DNA of 54,447 bases from a virus (taxonomy: Duplodnaviria > Caudoviricetes). Below are positions 18,499 through 27,578 of the stretch, in pieces. The notes under the pieces were generated by a model. The model was not told the DNA's origin. It worked only from the letters and a program-made list of their open reading frames with translations, and did no database searches. Position numbers and translations under genes: made by a program. Location of the stretch: positions 1 through 54,447 of the IMG/VR virus record IMGVR_UViG_3300045579_000282. One strand, given 5' to 3'. Numbering within the stretch: position 1 is the stretch's first letter; each line of letters begins with the position of its first letter.

Positions 18499-19084
18499 TT
18501 GCCACCTCGCTTACTGCTTTTGCCATCCAGCTCGGCAATCTCGCGCGAGCCTGGCGCATGGCCTCCCATTCCTGAGTAGGAAGCTTGCTTCTGAGCACTT
18601 CCAGGATCATGGGGGCTTGTTCAGGGCCGAGCCAAATGAGAGCACGAATGGCTTTGCCTGCAGGGCGTTTGCCCAGCAGCATTTGCCAGCGGTTGCCGTG
18701 CTTGAGCTCTACCTCTCTATTTCCCAGTTTCAGTCGCCGGGAAGGACCAGAAGTGAGGTAGACCTCCCGTGTGGGGACCTGTGTGGTCAGCCCCAGCGAA
18801 TTGGCCTCTGCAGCGCCGCTGGCCACCACAGTCTCTCCACTGGTGGACTCAATCGCTTCCATCACGGATTCTGTAGAGGGAGGGCGAACGCCAAACCGGC
18901 CCTGAATTGGCAGGGAATAGGCACCTCGGCCAACTCTGAGCAACTTTCCTTCGCGAGCCATGCGAGAGAGGGTCTGATCAATCGCAGCTCGAGAACCTAG
19001 GTGCAGGAACTCCTTGGGCGAAAGCAGTCCTCCCTCGGGGAGAGATTGCGCTTGCGAGAGGATTGAGTGGGCGAGTTGGCTCAT
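18491..19084 (-). CDS. abiEi: AbiEi/DUF6088-family antitoxin
   Basis: GSRAAIDQTLSRMAREGKLLRVGRGAY wHTH, ANSLGLTTQVP; overlaps abiEii start by 8 nt. Confidence 0.88.
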   Translation of the reverse strand: MSQLAHSILSQAQSLPEGGLLSPKEFLHLGSRAAIDQTLSRMAREGKLLRVGRGAYSLPIQGRFGVRPPSTESVMEAIESTSGETVVASGAAEANSLGLTTQVPTREVYLTSGPSRRLKLGNREVELKHGNRWQMLLGKRPAGKAIRALIWLGPEQAPMILEVLRSKLPTQEWEAMRQARARLPSWMAKAVSEVAIG

Positions 19085-19096
19085 GACTAGGCTCTA

Positions 19097-19128
19097 TTTG
19101 TCAGAAGTTTACTAGATTTTCTGACAAA
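19097..19128. promoter_or_regulatory. Inverted-repeat operator over abiE promoter
   Basis: Perfect 10-bp IR TTTGTCAGAA-N12-TTCTGACAAA flanking a minus-strand -10 (TAAACT, 18 nt from TTGCCT); AbiEi proteins autoregulate via IRs. Confidence 0.7.
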
Positions 19129-19179
19129 AAGGCAAGCCACGGTCAACAGAGAGGAGAACAGGCCTCCCCAGCTAGGGAT

Positions 19180-19233
19180 TAAGGAACTGGAGATATCGCC
19201 AAAGTTCCTTGATCAGTTCCTTATCAGTTCCCT
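19180..19233. repeat. AGTTCC(T/C)T repeats upstream of early operon
   Basis: Direct copies at 19203, 19215 and 19226 (11-12 bp period) plus an inverted copy AAGGAACT at 19181. Confidence 0.6.
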
Positions 19234-19287
19234 ATTGATTTTTTGAAATAGCAGCGTTGTCCCTCAACTCTCTGAAAGGAGTGACCC

Positions 19288-19557
19288 ATGCTGCTAGCAA
19301 CACCAGCACGTTCAACGCTCAACCCTTTGAGCGTCATGGCTCCAGAGCCACCCATGCCCCCACGGCAAATCCTTAGTGAGGCCGATCTGGCCTCGCGTTG
19401 GGGCATGAGCCCCAAGACCCTTCAACGCTGGCGAATGGAGGGGCGCGGACCTCACTACTTGAAGCTCGGCAAGCGGGTGAACTACCCCCTCAATGCCGTG
19501 ATCGCCTTTGAGAACTGCGTCCAGCACGTCTCCACCTCGCAACGTTCCACCACCTGA
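19288..19557 (+). CDS. AlpA/excisionase-like HTH protein
   Basis: LSEADLASRWGMSPKTLQRWRMEGRGPHYLKLGKRVNY; AAGGAG RBS. Confidence 0.88.
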   Translation: MLLATPARSTLNPLSVMAPEPPMPPRQILSEADLASRWGMSPKTLQRWRMEGRGPHYLKLGKRVNYPLNAVIAFENCVQHVSTSQRSTT

Positions 19558-19567
19558 GGAGTCCTCC

Positions 19568-20053
19568 ATGAACCACCTTCAATTGCAACAGGCGGCGTTG
19601 CCCGACCTCTCCGAGAACCAGATTAGCCGTCTGCCCAAAGACCAGCTGGCCCATTTCAGCAACGCAGTGCAGCAGCTCCATGACTGGACGCTGCAGATGC
19701 GTGGCCGGATCAACCGGGGCATGGAAATCCGCTACGCCGACCAGATCCGTCATGCCGCAACGCTTGGTCAGGAAGAAGCTGCCAGATTCCGCATCGACGA
19801 TGGTGACCTGCAGGTCGATGTATCGCAGCCTCAAGAAATCGTCTGGGACCAGAAGCATCTGTCTGAAATCGCTGAACGGATGGTCGTTGCCGGTGACCGC
19901 GTACAGGACTTCATGCAGGTCCAGTTCTCGGTGGCCGAGCAGGACTACGCCCGCTGGCATCCACTACTGCGCGCGGCATTTCAGCCCGCCCGCAAGGAAC
20001 TTATTACCGAGCCCACCTTCCAGATCCGCTGGGTAGGTGATGTCCAGCTCTGA
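19568..20053 (+). CDS. Phage hypothetical protein (early region)
   Basis: GAGGAG RBS before ATG 19568; VWDQKHL and FQPAR..PTF motifs seen in phage early proteins. Confidence 0.7.
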   Translation: MNHLQLQQAALPDLSENQISRLPKDQLAHFSNAVQQLHDWTLQMRGRINRGMEIRYADQIRHAATLGQEEAARFRIDDGDLQVDVSQPQEIVWDQKHLSEIAERMVVAGDRVQDFMQVQFSVAEQDYARWHPLLRAAFQPARKELITEPTFQIRWVGDVQL

Positions 20054-20107
20054 GTGCCCAAAGCCTTCATCTTCGCCTAAACACCACCAATCAAAGGAGA
20101 TTTCTCA

Positions 20108-20785
20108 ATGAACAACGACAACCACCACCAGGCTGCATGGTCTGATTTCAATGACGCCGATGCCCAGCAAGGCGAGTTCAACCTGATCCCCAAAGGCACC
20201 CAGGCCCTGGTCCGCATGGCCATCAAACCCGGCGGTCATGACGACGTCAGCAAGGGCTGGACGGGTGGCTATGCCACGGCATCGGATGAAACGGGCGCAG
20301 TGTTCCTGTCCTGCGAGTTCGTGTTGCTCACAGGCCCATTTGCCAAGCGCAAGATCTGGAGCAATGTGGGCTTGCATTCCAACAAGGGGCCAACTTGGGC
20401 GCAGATGGGGCGCAGCTTTATCAAGGCGGTACTCAACAGTTCGCGCAACATCCACCCGGATGACAACTCACCGGAGGCACAACGCGCTCGCCAGATTCGA
20501 AGCTTTGGTGACCTCGATGGTGCTGAATTTGCCGCGCGCATCGGTATTGAAAAAGATGGCCAAGGCGAGTACCGCAACATCATCAGGCTGGTGATTGAGC
20601 CTGACCACAAGGAATACGCAGAGCTGATGCAGGCCAAGCTGCAACGTGATGGAGGAACGGGTGGGGGCTCTGGCGGGGCCCCAGCGACTGCCGTACCCAC
20701 ATCAGCAGCGCAAGCTCCTCAGCCGGGGGCCAGCTACACCCCCCGTCCCGGCAACGTGCAGGGTCGGCCTGCGTGGGCGCAGTGA
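20108..20785 (+). CDS. Phage protein, probable ssDNA-binding protein
   Basis: DFNDA..LIPKGT N-terminus, low-complexity Gly/Pro/Ala tail ending RPAWAQ; AAGGAG RBS. Confidence 0.6.
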   Translation: MNNDNHHQAAWSDFNDADAQQGEFNLIPKGTQALVRMAIKPGGHDDVSKGWTGGYATASDETGAVFLSCEFVLLTGPFAKRKIWSNVGLHSNKGPTWAQMGRSFIKAVLNSSRNIHPDDNSPEAQRARQIRSFGDLDGAEFAARIGIEKDGQGEYRNIIRLVIEPDHKEYAELMQAKLQRDGGTGGGSGGAPATAVPTSAAQAPQPGASYTPRPGNVQGRPAWAQ

Positions 20786-20797
20786 TGGCGAGGCTGC

Positions 20798-21226
20798 ATG
20801 AAGTGCTGGGTGTGCTCCCGTCAGGCCAGAGGATTTGGCCATGTGGATCTGCGCTTCAAGGTGGGGCATCCCAAGCGGTACCCCATCGACTGGATCTTCT
20901 GTTCAAGGCGTTGCCAAGATTGTTTCCATCGGCTTTACGCGGCCGGTGTGCGCTATCTCGAACGCGAGGGCGCATTGCCGACGGGAGTGGGCGTGATAGA
21001 TCCGACTGAAGCAGAAATCGCCGCCATGCAGCAATGCCTCAAGCCTTTGGGCGAAGCCGCCAGCGAGATCGGAATGGATCGCCCGCTGTCGAGCTACACC
21101 CAGCAAGAAGCTCTGCAGCTGATCAACGCCGTGGTCACGACCTATGTCGAGGCCATGGTTCAAGAACACGAACGCAGCAAGTACCCCAGCGTTCGTATGC
21201 AACTGGATGCCCAGCCAATCAACTGA
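20798..21226 (+). CDS. DUF6511-like zinc-binding phage protein
   Basis: CWVC...FCSRRCQ Cys motifs; position within replication module. Confidence 0.65.
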   Translation: MKCWVCSRQARGFGHVDLRFKVGHPKRYPIDWIFCSRRCQDCFHRLYAAGVRYLEREGALPTGVGVIDPTEAEIAAMQQCLKPLGEAASEIGMDRPLSSYTQQEALQLINAVVTTYVEAMVQEHERSKYPSVRMQLDAQPIN

Positions 21227-21288
21227 GCTGAGCGTCCTTCCAACCTTTACCAACCAACTGATGCAGACGGCGAAAACCGTCTGCAGGG

Positions 21289-21588
21289 ATGACTTTTTAC
21301 ATGAAAAAAACCAAACCAATGATTTCTCCAATGAGGCAGCCAGCACATATGGCCGCTGATTTCGCGGAGGACTTTCTCGTCACGGCCGAGCAGGCTTCTG
21401 CAGCGCTGAATTTGCCGCTGTACTACTTCATCGACGCTCGCAAGCGCGCTGAGTTGGGAATCCCGTACTACTCCATCAATCGCATGGTGCGCTATCGGAT
21501 CCGGGAACTTCACAAATGGCAAGTGAGGTACGCCGCCGAGCAGGTCAAGCAGCCAGATGCATCTGAAACGGGAGGTGCGCATGCTTGA
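21289..21588 (+). CDS. Small HTH DNA-binding protein
   Basis: VTAEQASAALNLP...IPYYSINRMVRY, excisionase-like; true start may be 21331 or 21349. Confidence 0.6.
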   Translation: MTFYMKKTKPMISPMRQPAHMAADFAEDFLVTAEQASAALNLPLYYFIDARKRAELGIPYYSINRMVRYRIRELHKWQVRYAAEQVKQPDASETGGAHA

Positions 21589-23899
21589 TTTCAACGATGT
21601 CCCCAGCGGCAACGCGCGCAAGGCAGCTGAGAGCAGTACCGACACGGCGCGCGAGAAAGATGAAATCCGCTCAGCCCTCAACGAACAACTGGCCTTGCTG
21701 GTACTGGATATCTGGCCATCGGGCAAACGTCGCCAGAACAAGTACCTGGTTGGCGATGTGATGGGCGGCCCAGGCGATAGTTTGGAACTCCTACTTTCGG
21801 GCCCTAAAGCAGGCTTGTGGACCGACCGCGCCACGGGTGAAGGCGGTGACATCCTCGACCTTATCGCCCGTTACTACAGCCTCGATGTGCAGGCCCAATT
21901 TCCCCAGGTGCTCGAGCGGGCCAAGGGCTGGCTTGGCCGAGTCTCAGACATGCCCGCAAGCAGCGTGGTAGCCAGTAAAGCCAAAGCACCTGCAGTCGAT
22001 GAGCTCGGCCCTGCAACGGCCAAGTGGGATTACCAGGACGCCAGCGGAAAACTCATCGCTGTGGTTTACCGCTACGACCCCGATCCCGGGCGCAAGGAGT
22101 TCAGGCCTTGGGATGTGCGCCGCCGCAAGATGGCACCTCCCGAGCCGCGTCCTCTGTACAACCAGCCGGGCATGCTCAAGTCTGAGCAGGTCGTGATGGT
22201 GGAGGGCGAGAAGTGCGCCCAGGCATTGATTGACCTGGGGGTGTGCTCCACCACGGCCATGCATGGAGCCAACGCTCCCGTCGATAAAACTGACTGGTCT
22301 CCCTTGACTGGCAAGCACGTCTTGATCTGGCCGGATCGGGATAAGCCCGGCTGGCAATACGCAGACCATGCATCGCAGGCCATCATGCAGGCGGGGGCCA
22401 AGTCGTGCGTGATCTTGCAGCCACCGGCAGAGAAGCCTGAGGGTTGGGATGTGGCCGATGCCGTGCAGGACGGCTTTGACATTACCGGCTTTCTGGCCGT
22501 GGGCGAGAGGGTTCCTGTGGTTCATCAGATCGATGCGCATGCGCCCATGCAGTTGGTTGATGGTGTTGACTACACGAACGAGGATGGTCTGGCCATGGCC
22601 TTTTCTCACCAGTTCGCCGAGGACTGGCGCTACTGCGCGCCGTGGAGCAAGTGGCTCGTGTGGAATGGTGTGCGCTGGAACATCGACAAAGCCTTGTATG
22701 TGATGCACCTGTGTCGCTTGATCTGCAGGGCTGCTTCGGTACAAGCGGATGGCACCAAGCTCAAAGGTCGCTTGGCCAGCTCTGGAACGATCTCGGCGAT
22801 CGAGCGCATTGTGCGTTCGGAGCCGCGTCACAGCGCCACGGTTGAAGAGTGGGACTCCAGCGTGTGGCTCTTGAACACGCCCGGTGGCATTGTGGACTTG
22901 CGCACTGGTGCACGTGGCCCGCACGATCGGGATCGCCGCATGACCAAGGTCACCACGGCCACGCCGCAAGGCGATTGCCCGGTCTGGCGCAATTTTCTGG
23001 TGAACGTCACAGGGGGTGATGAAGAGCTTCAGGACTACCTGCAACGCGTGGTGGGTTACTGCCTGACGGGCGACATCAGCACCCACGCGCTCTTCTTCCT
23101 GTACGGCACGGGAGCCAATGGCAAGTCGGTCTTCGTGAACGTGATCTCCACGGTGCTGGGGGACTACGCTGCCAACGCACCCATGGACACTTTCATGGAA
23201 TCACGCTCGGATCGGCACCCCACCGACCTGGCTGGACTGCGTGGTGCCCGCTTTGTCTCGGCAACCGAGACGGAGCAGGGAAGGCGCTGGAACGAATCCA
23301 AGATCAAGGCGATCACGGGGGGTGACGACATCACGGCGCGCCTGATGCACCAGGACTTCTTCACCTACCGGCCGCAGTTCAAGCTGCTCATTGCAGGTAA
23401 TCACAAACCTGCGATCCGCAACATCGATGAGGCCATGCGCCGCCGCATGCACCTGATTCCATTCACGATCACTGTCCCTCCAGAAAAGCGTGATCCGCTC
23501 CTGACCGAGAAGCTACTTGCCGAGCGCGACGGAATCATGGCCTGGGCGGTGCAGGGCTGCCTGCTTTGGCAAACCCAGGGCCTGGTCCAGCCCAAGTCCG
23601 TGGTGAGTGCGACCGAAGAGTACTTCGAGGCTGAGGACGCCATGGGGCGGTGGATGAGTGAGCGCTGCAACCTGGGCGTCAACCACAAGGCATTGACAGC
23701 CACCCTCTTCAACGACTGGAAGCAGTGGGCCGAACTCAGTGGTGAGTACATAGGCACGCAACGCCGGTTCTCGGACGCCTTGCTGGCCAGACGGTTCGAG
23801 AAGTGGCGCAACTCCATGGGCGTGCGTGGCTATCAGGGGATCGACCTCAAACAGCCCACTTCCTTGCCTGCCCGGTCCTATCCATACAACGATGATTGA
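21581..23899 (+). CDS. P4-family primase-helicase (TOPRIM + D5/SF3 helicase)
   Basis: VEGEKCA and WPDRD TOPRIM motifs; Walker A GTGANGKS; GNHKP; GGAGG RBS before ATG 21581. Confidence 0.92.
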   Translation: MLDFNDVPSGNARKAAESSTDTAREKDEIRSALNEQLALLVLDIWPSGKRRQNKYLVGDVMGGPGDSLELLLSGPKAGLWTDRATGEGGDILDLIARYYSLDVQAQFPQVLERAKGWLGRVSDMPASSVVASKAKAPAVDELGPATAKWDYQDASGKLIAVVYRYDPDPGRKEFRPWDVRRRKMAPPEPRPLYNQPGMLKSEQVVMVEGEKCAQALIDLGVCSTTAMHGANAPVDKTDWSPLTGKHVLIWPDRDKPGWQYADHASQAIMQAGAKSCVILQPPAEKPEGWDVADAVQDGFDITGFLAVGERVPVVHQIDAHAPMQLVDGVDYTNEDGLAMAFSHQFAEDWRYCAPWSKWLVWNGVRWNIDKALYVMHLCRLICRAASVQADGTKLKGRLASSGTISAIERIVRSEPRHSATVEEWDSSVWLLNTPGGIVDLRTGARGPHDRDRRMTKVTTATPQGDCPVWRNFLVNVTGGDEELQDYLQRVVGYCLTGDISTHALFFLYGTGANGKSVFVNVISTVLGDYAANAPMDTFMESRSDRHPTDLAGLRGARFVSATETEQGRRWNESKIKAITGGDDITARLMHQDFFTYRPQFKLLIAGNHKPAIRNIDEAMRRRMHLIPFTITVPPEKRDPLLTEKLLAERDGIMAWAVQGCLLWQTQGLVQPKSVVSATEEYFEAEDAMGRWMSERCNLGVNHKALTATLFNDWKQWAELSGEYIGTQRRFSDALLARRFEKWRNSMGVRGYQGIDLKQPTSLPARSYPYNDD

Positions 23900-23937
23900 G
23901 AGGGAATTTCAATGAAAAAGGTTTCAGATATTGGCTC

Positions 23938-24045
23938 TTTGACACAACTGACGAGTCATTACATTGGTTCTTTACGCGGGCGCGTAGACGCGCATAAAGA
24001 GAAGGAGTGTTTTGTACCGTCAATAGCGTCAGATCCATTGTCAAA
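23938..24045. other. Candidate replication origin
   Basis: TGAC repeats on the left and GTCA repeats on the right converge on a TACGCG-GG-CGCGTA palindrome, directly downstream of the primase. Confidence 0.35.
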
Positions 24046-24108
24046 ACCGGACAAGTCCGTTTTTGATTTCCCAGCGGCGCATCGGAATATTTCGTTTGGA
24101 GGGCAGGT

Positions 24109-24351
24109 ATGAAGATCCCTCCAGCACGTTACCCATCGCCCCTTGGGCGCATGCAGCCCACTCCTGTGGATGTCGAAGCCACCAAGCGCCAGGGATGGCG
24201 CGAGCAACACATCCTGGTCATCTCGGAAGAGGACGAGCGCCTGGACTTCCTGGAGCGCCAACTCATTCGCACCATTGGTGAGCGGCTCTACGGACAAGGT
24301 CAGGGCCAAAACCATGGTCACTCTCAATCCAAGGGAGGTGGCCATGGTTGA
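24109..24351 (+). CDS. Phage hypothetical protein
   Basis: GGAGG RBS; overlaps next gene start. Confidence 0.65.
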   Translation: MKIPPARYPSPLGRMQPTPVDVEATKRQGWREQHILVISEEDERLDFLERQLIRTIGERLYGQGQGQNHGHSQSKGGGHG

Positions 24352-24739
24352 AACCTGGACAGTCGAAGCGGTGGCAGAGCGCTTTGTCGATGCGGCGAGA
24401 ACTGCCAGGCGCCTGCCACGTGTGGCGGTACAGGGTTACGCCAGCACCTGGCCCATCGTTATCTTGCCAAGCGACGCCTACCCGGATCCGCACAGGGTGT
24501 ATCGAATGGCACCTCCATCCCCACAGGATGTCGAGCGGATGCTCGAAGTCATGCGCTGGGTGCAGATGCTTGAACTCGATGAGCGGCACTTGGTGTGGAT
24601 GCGGGCCAAGCGATTTGACTGGGTGGAGATCAGCAAGCGCTTTGCTTGTGACCGCACCACAGCATGGAGACGCTGGAAGCGAGACATGCAAGTGGTGGCC
24701 GATCTCCTCAACCGGCAGGCCGCGCAACCGAAACAGTGA
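24344..24739 (+). CDS. DUF6362-like protein, putative late-gene regulator (sigma region 4-like C-terminus)
   Basis: GGAGG RBS before ATG 24344; ERHLVWMRA..WVEISKRFACDRTTAWRRW HTH; lies between replication and packaging modules. Confidence 0.7.
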   Translation: MVETWTVEAVAERFVDAARTARRLPRVAVQGYASTWPIVILPSDAYPDPHRVYRMAPPSPQDVERMLEVMRWVQMLELDERHLVWMRAKRFDWVEISKRFACDRTTAWRRWKRDMQVVADLLNRQAAQPKQ

Positions 24740-24762
24740 GGATTCGAACCAGAGAGGAAATT

Positions 24763-24838
24763 AGCGTGTTTTGGCGTGCATGCGCGGCGCAATTCAAATT
24801 CAAAAGTGAATGCGCGGTTTTTGGGGCCAAAACACGCT
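24763..24838. repeat. 13-bp perfect inverted repeat in putative late promoter region
   Basis: AGCGTGTTTTGGC (24763-24775) and GCCAAAACACGCT (24826-24838). Confidence 0.6.
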
Positions 24839-24956
24839 GCAACATTTGGGCGATTTGCAGCTACATTTTCATCTACGGTGGACAAACGAGTGCAAAGACA
24901 GTGATGACAGTCACACACAGTCGATGACATCGACGTCCACTGACGATGTTCGACTC

Positions 24957-25178
24957 CTATCGATGAACTTCGATTTCCCCTGCGGCCTCGTACTGAGCCA
25001 GCTTTTCCAGCGGCAGGTACACGGTTGGTTTTCCCTCGCGGAGAACCTCCAGACGGCTGTTGATTTCTGATCCCACTTCGTAGAGCCCGGCAACCAGCGG
25101 CGTAAAGCCCGCTCCGGATGCTGTGGCCTCAGTCGGGCTTTTGCGGGCCAGAACCCCGCGAATTACTTTGATTTGCAC
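24957..25178 (-). CDS. Small hypothetical protein (possible moron)
   Basis: 73-aa ORF filling an otherwise empty gap; no motif. Confidence 0.35.
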   Translation of the reverse strand: MQIKVIRGVLARKSPTEATASGAGFTPLVAGLYEVGSEINSRLEVLREGKPTVYLPLEKLAQYEAAGEIEVHR

Positions 25179-25222
25179 TGCAAGACATTCTCGTTTTGCG
25201 TGCCATTTTATCGGTCACCCCT

Positions 25223-26479
25223 ATGAATCATCCTGAGATCCGCATGGTCCCAGTGGACGTGCTCGTCCCCTATGCACGCAATGCCCGCACCCACAGCGAT
25301 GCCCAGGTGGCACAAATCGCGGCTTCGATCACCGAGTTCGGCTGGACCAACCCGATCCTCACGGACGGTGCCAAGGGCCTGATCGCGGGTCACGGCCGTC
25401 TGATGGCGGCGCGCAAGTTGGGGATCAAGGAGGTGCCGGTCATCGAGCTGGGGCACCTGACGCCCGAACAGAAGAAGGCCTACATCCTGGCCGACAACCG
25501 TCTGGCCGAAAACGCAGGCTGGGACGATGAGCTCCTGAAACTCGAGTTGGCTGAACTCAAAGCGGCCGACTTCGATCTCGACTTGATGGGTTTCACAGAC
25601 AAGGAGCTTGAAGAGCTTCTCAACGGTGACGAATCAGGCGGTGGTTTGACTGAAGATGACGCAATCCCAGAAGCACCAGTAGACCCGGTATCCAGACCTG
25701 GGGACTTGTGGATTCTCGGCAACCACCGCCTCCTTTGTGGCGACTCAACGATCCTGTCGGACGTGGAGCGCCTCATGGGCGGCCAATTGGCTGACATGGC
25801 CTTCACCGATCCACCCTACAACGTGGACTACGGTAACAGCGCCAAGGACAAGATGCGCGGCAAAGACCGGCGCATCATGAATGATGATCTAGGTGAGGGG
25901 TTCTTCCAGTTCCTCTACGACGCCTGTCTGAACCTGCTTGTGGTCACCAAGGGCGCCTGCTATGTGTGCATGAGCTCATCGGAGCTGCACACCTTGCAAA
26001 AGGCCTGGCTCAAGGCAGGCGGTAAGTGGTCTACCTTCATCATCTGGTCCAAGAACACCTTCACGCTTGGGCGCGCGGATTACCAGCGCCAGTACGAACC
26101 TATCCTGTACGGATGGAAACAGGGCTCGGATCACTTCTGGTGCGGGGACCGCGACCAGTCGGACATCTGGAACTACAACAAGCCCCGGGTCAACGACTTG
26201 CACCCGACCATGAAACCGGTCGAGTTGGTCGAGCGGGCTATCAAGAATTCATCGAAGAGCCGGGACATCGTGCTGGATCTGTTTGGCGGCTCCGGCACCA
26301 CCTTGATCGCCAGTGAGAAAACCGGACGTCAGGCCCGTCTCATTGAACTCGATCCCAAGTTCGTGGATGTGATCATCAAGCGCTGGGAGGACTACACCGG
26401 CCAGCAGGCAGTGCGCGAGGACGATGGAATTAAATTCGGTGAGTTATCGCAGAATGGTCAGCCAAGCCGTGCGCAATAG
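25223..26479 (+). CDS. ParB-N + beta-class N6A/N4C DNA methyltransferase
   Basis: ParB-like PYARNARTH..IAGHGRL..ADNRL; DPPY precedes HPTMKP and DLFGGSGTT. Confidence 0.92.
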   Translation: MNHPEIRMVPVDVLVPYARNARTHSDAQVAQIAASITEFGWTNPILTDGAKGLIAGHGRLMAARKLGIKEVPVIELGHLTPEQKKAYILADNRLAENAGWDDELLKLELAELKAADFDLDLMGFTDKELEELLNGDESGGGLTEDDAIPEAPVDPVSRPGDLWILGNHRLLCGDSTILSDVERLMGGQLADMAFTDPPYNVDYGNSAKDKMRGKDRRIMNDDLGEGFFQFLYDACLNLLVVTKGACYVCMSSSELHTLQKAWLKAGGKWSTFIIWSKNTFTLGRADYQRQYEPILYGWKQGSDHFWCGDRDQSDIWNYNKPRVNDLHPTMKPVELVERAIKNSSKSRDIVLDLFGGSGTTLIASEKTGRQARLIELDPKFVDVIIKRWEDYTGQQAVREDDGIKFGELSQNGQPSRAQ

Positions 26480-26817
26480 CGACCGTAGTCCGACCCAGAG
26501 GGATCGATGAAGAGGTAAGGGCGACCGGGTGCATGCACTTCGACGCACAGCCTGCCATCTCCGTAATAGCCACCCTTGCCATTGAGCCAGTCGCGAGACT
26601 GGAGCAGGTTCACTGCAAAGCTGTCGAACTCTGCTGGATCCATCACGCGGGTCTCGGTGATGTAGACGGTGCAGTCTTCGCTGCCAGCGATCTCGCTCAT
26701 GGTGGCGGGCTTGCGGCCAAAGGGCAGACGGATGCCGAGCTCATCGACTTGCATGTCCTTGCCATCGAAGTGGATGGTCAGAGGCTTGCGTTCAATCGTG
26801 ATGGTCATGATTTTCAT
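26458..26817 (-). CDS. Phage hypothetical protein
   Basis: C-terminal IDPSGSDYGRY motif; last gene of a three-gene reverse-strand unit. Confidence 0.65.
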   Translation of the reverse strand: MKIMTITIERKPLTIHFDGKDMQVDELGIRLPFGRKPATMSEIAGSEDCTVYITETRVMDPAEFDSFAVNLLQSRDWLNGKGGYYGDGRLCVEVHAPGRPYLFIDPSGSDYGRYCARLG

Positions 26818-26824
26818 GTGCACC

Positions 26825-27268
26825 TCAGGCAGCTTGGTTGGTGATTCGGTAGATGCGGTCTGCACCGGTTTGCTTTTCTGAAGTGATCTCCAGGCCCAGC
26901 TTCTTCTTGAGTGATCCGGCCATGGCGCCTCGCACCGTGTGGACTTGCCAGCCCGTGGCCTCGGTCATCTGGGGCAGCGTGGCACCTTCTGCGCGTGTGA
27001 GCAGCTCAATCAGTACGGCTTGCTTGGTGCCTTCGCGTTTGGCGCGCGGCGCTTGACTCGTGAAGCCAATCGCCTGCAGTCCTGTGGCTGTGGCCACGTA
27101 CACCTCAGGCTCTGCGGCGCTTGGCTCGATGAGCTCTGCGTTGTGCATCGAGGTCAGCACCTTGATGCGAGCCCCGCCTTTGAGGGTGTCGGGGAAGTTG
27201 GTCAGTTTCTTTTGTGGATGCTGCGCAGCCGCTTCGAGCAGCGCGCGTTGGGTGTCCGTGAGTTTCAT
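26825..27268 (-). CDS. DUF3489-family protein
   Basis: REGTKQAVLIELL..EGATL..ATGWQVHTVRGAM..LKKKLGL signature. Confidence 0.85.
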   Translation of the reverse strand: MKLTDTQRALLEAAAQHPQKKLTNFPDTLKGGARIKVLTSMHNAELIEPSAAEPEVYVATATGLQAIGFTSQAPRAKREGTKQAVLIELLTRAEGATLPQMTEATGWQVHTVRGAMAGSLKKKLGLEITSEKQTGADRIYRITNQAA

Positions 27269-27471
27269 TGTTTGCCTTTCGATGTTGTTGATGTGTTTTT
27301 TCCTGCTTCGATCCCTGCGGCGTAAGCAGCCTCCAGTGCGCTCTTGACGGCCCAGACCGAGACGTCGTGAAAGTCCAGGCGATCGCTGTGCTGTGTCTCT
27401 AGCGTTTCGATAAAGAAATGCTTCAGAGCGATCTGCTCAAGCAGCTTGTTCAGGTCCTTGTTTTGTTTCAT
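27265..27471 (-). CDS. DUF6900-like small protein
   Basis: IETLETQHSDRLDFHDVSVWAVKSALEAAYAAG signature; AAGGA RBS. Confidence 0.75.
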   Translation of the reverse strand: MKQNKDLNKLLEQIALKHFFIETLETQHSDRLDFHDVSVWAVKSALEAAYAAGIEAGKNTSTTSKGKQ

Positions 27472-27578
27472 TGGCTTGCTTCCTTTCGTTCATCCAATGT
27501 GATGGATTGACGCTCTGAATCAAGGTGAAGCCAAGTCAATTTTTGAAGCTGTCGCTTATTCCTTGAAAGACGATTGAG

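Noticed and set aside
21944-23086. 380-aa antisense ORF within primase
   Set aside because: Shadow ORF from GC-rich codon bias; no motifs.
23912-24112. 66-aa ORF after primase
   Set aside because: Overlaps the iteron/palindrome region and has no motif; more simply read as non-coding, though not excluded.
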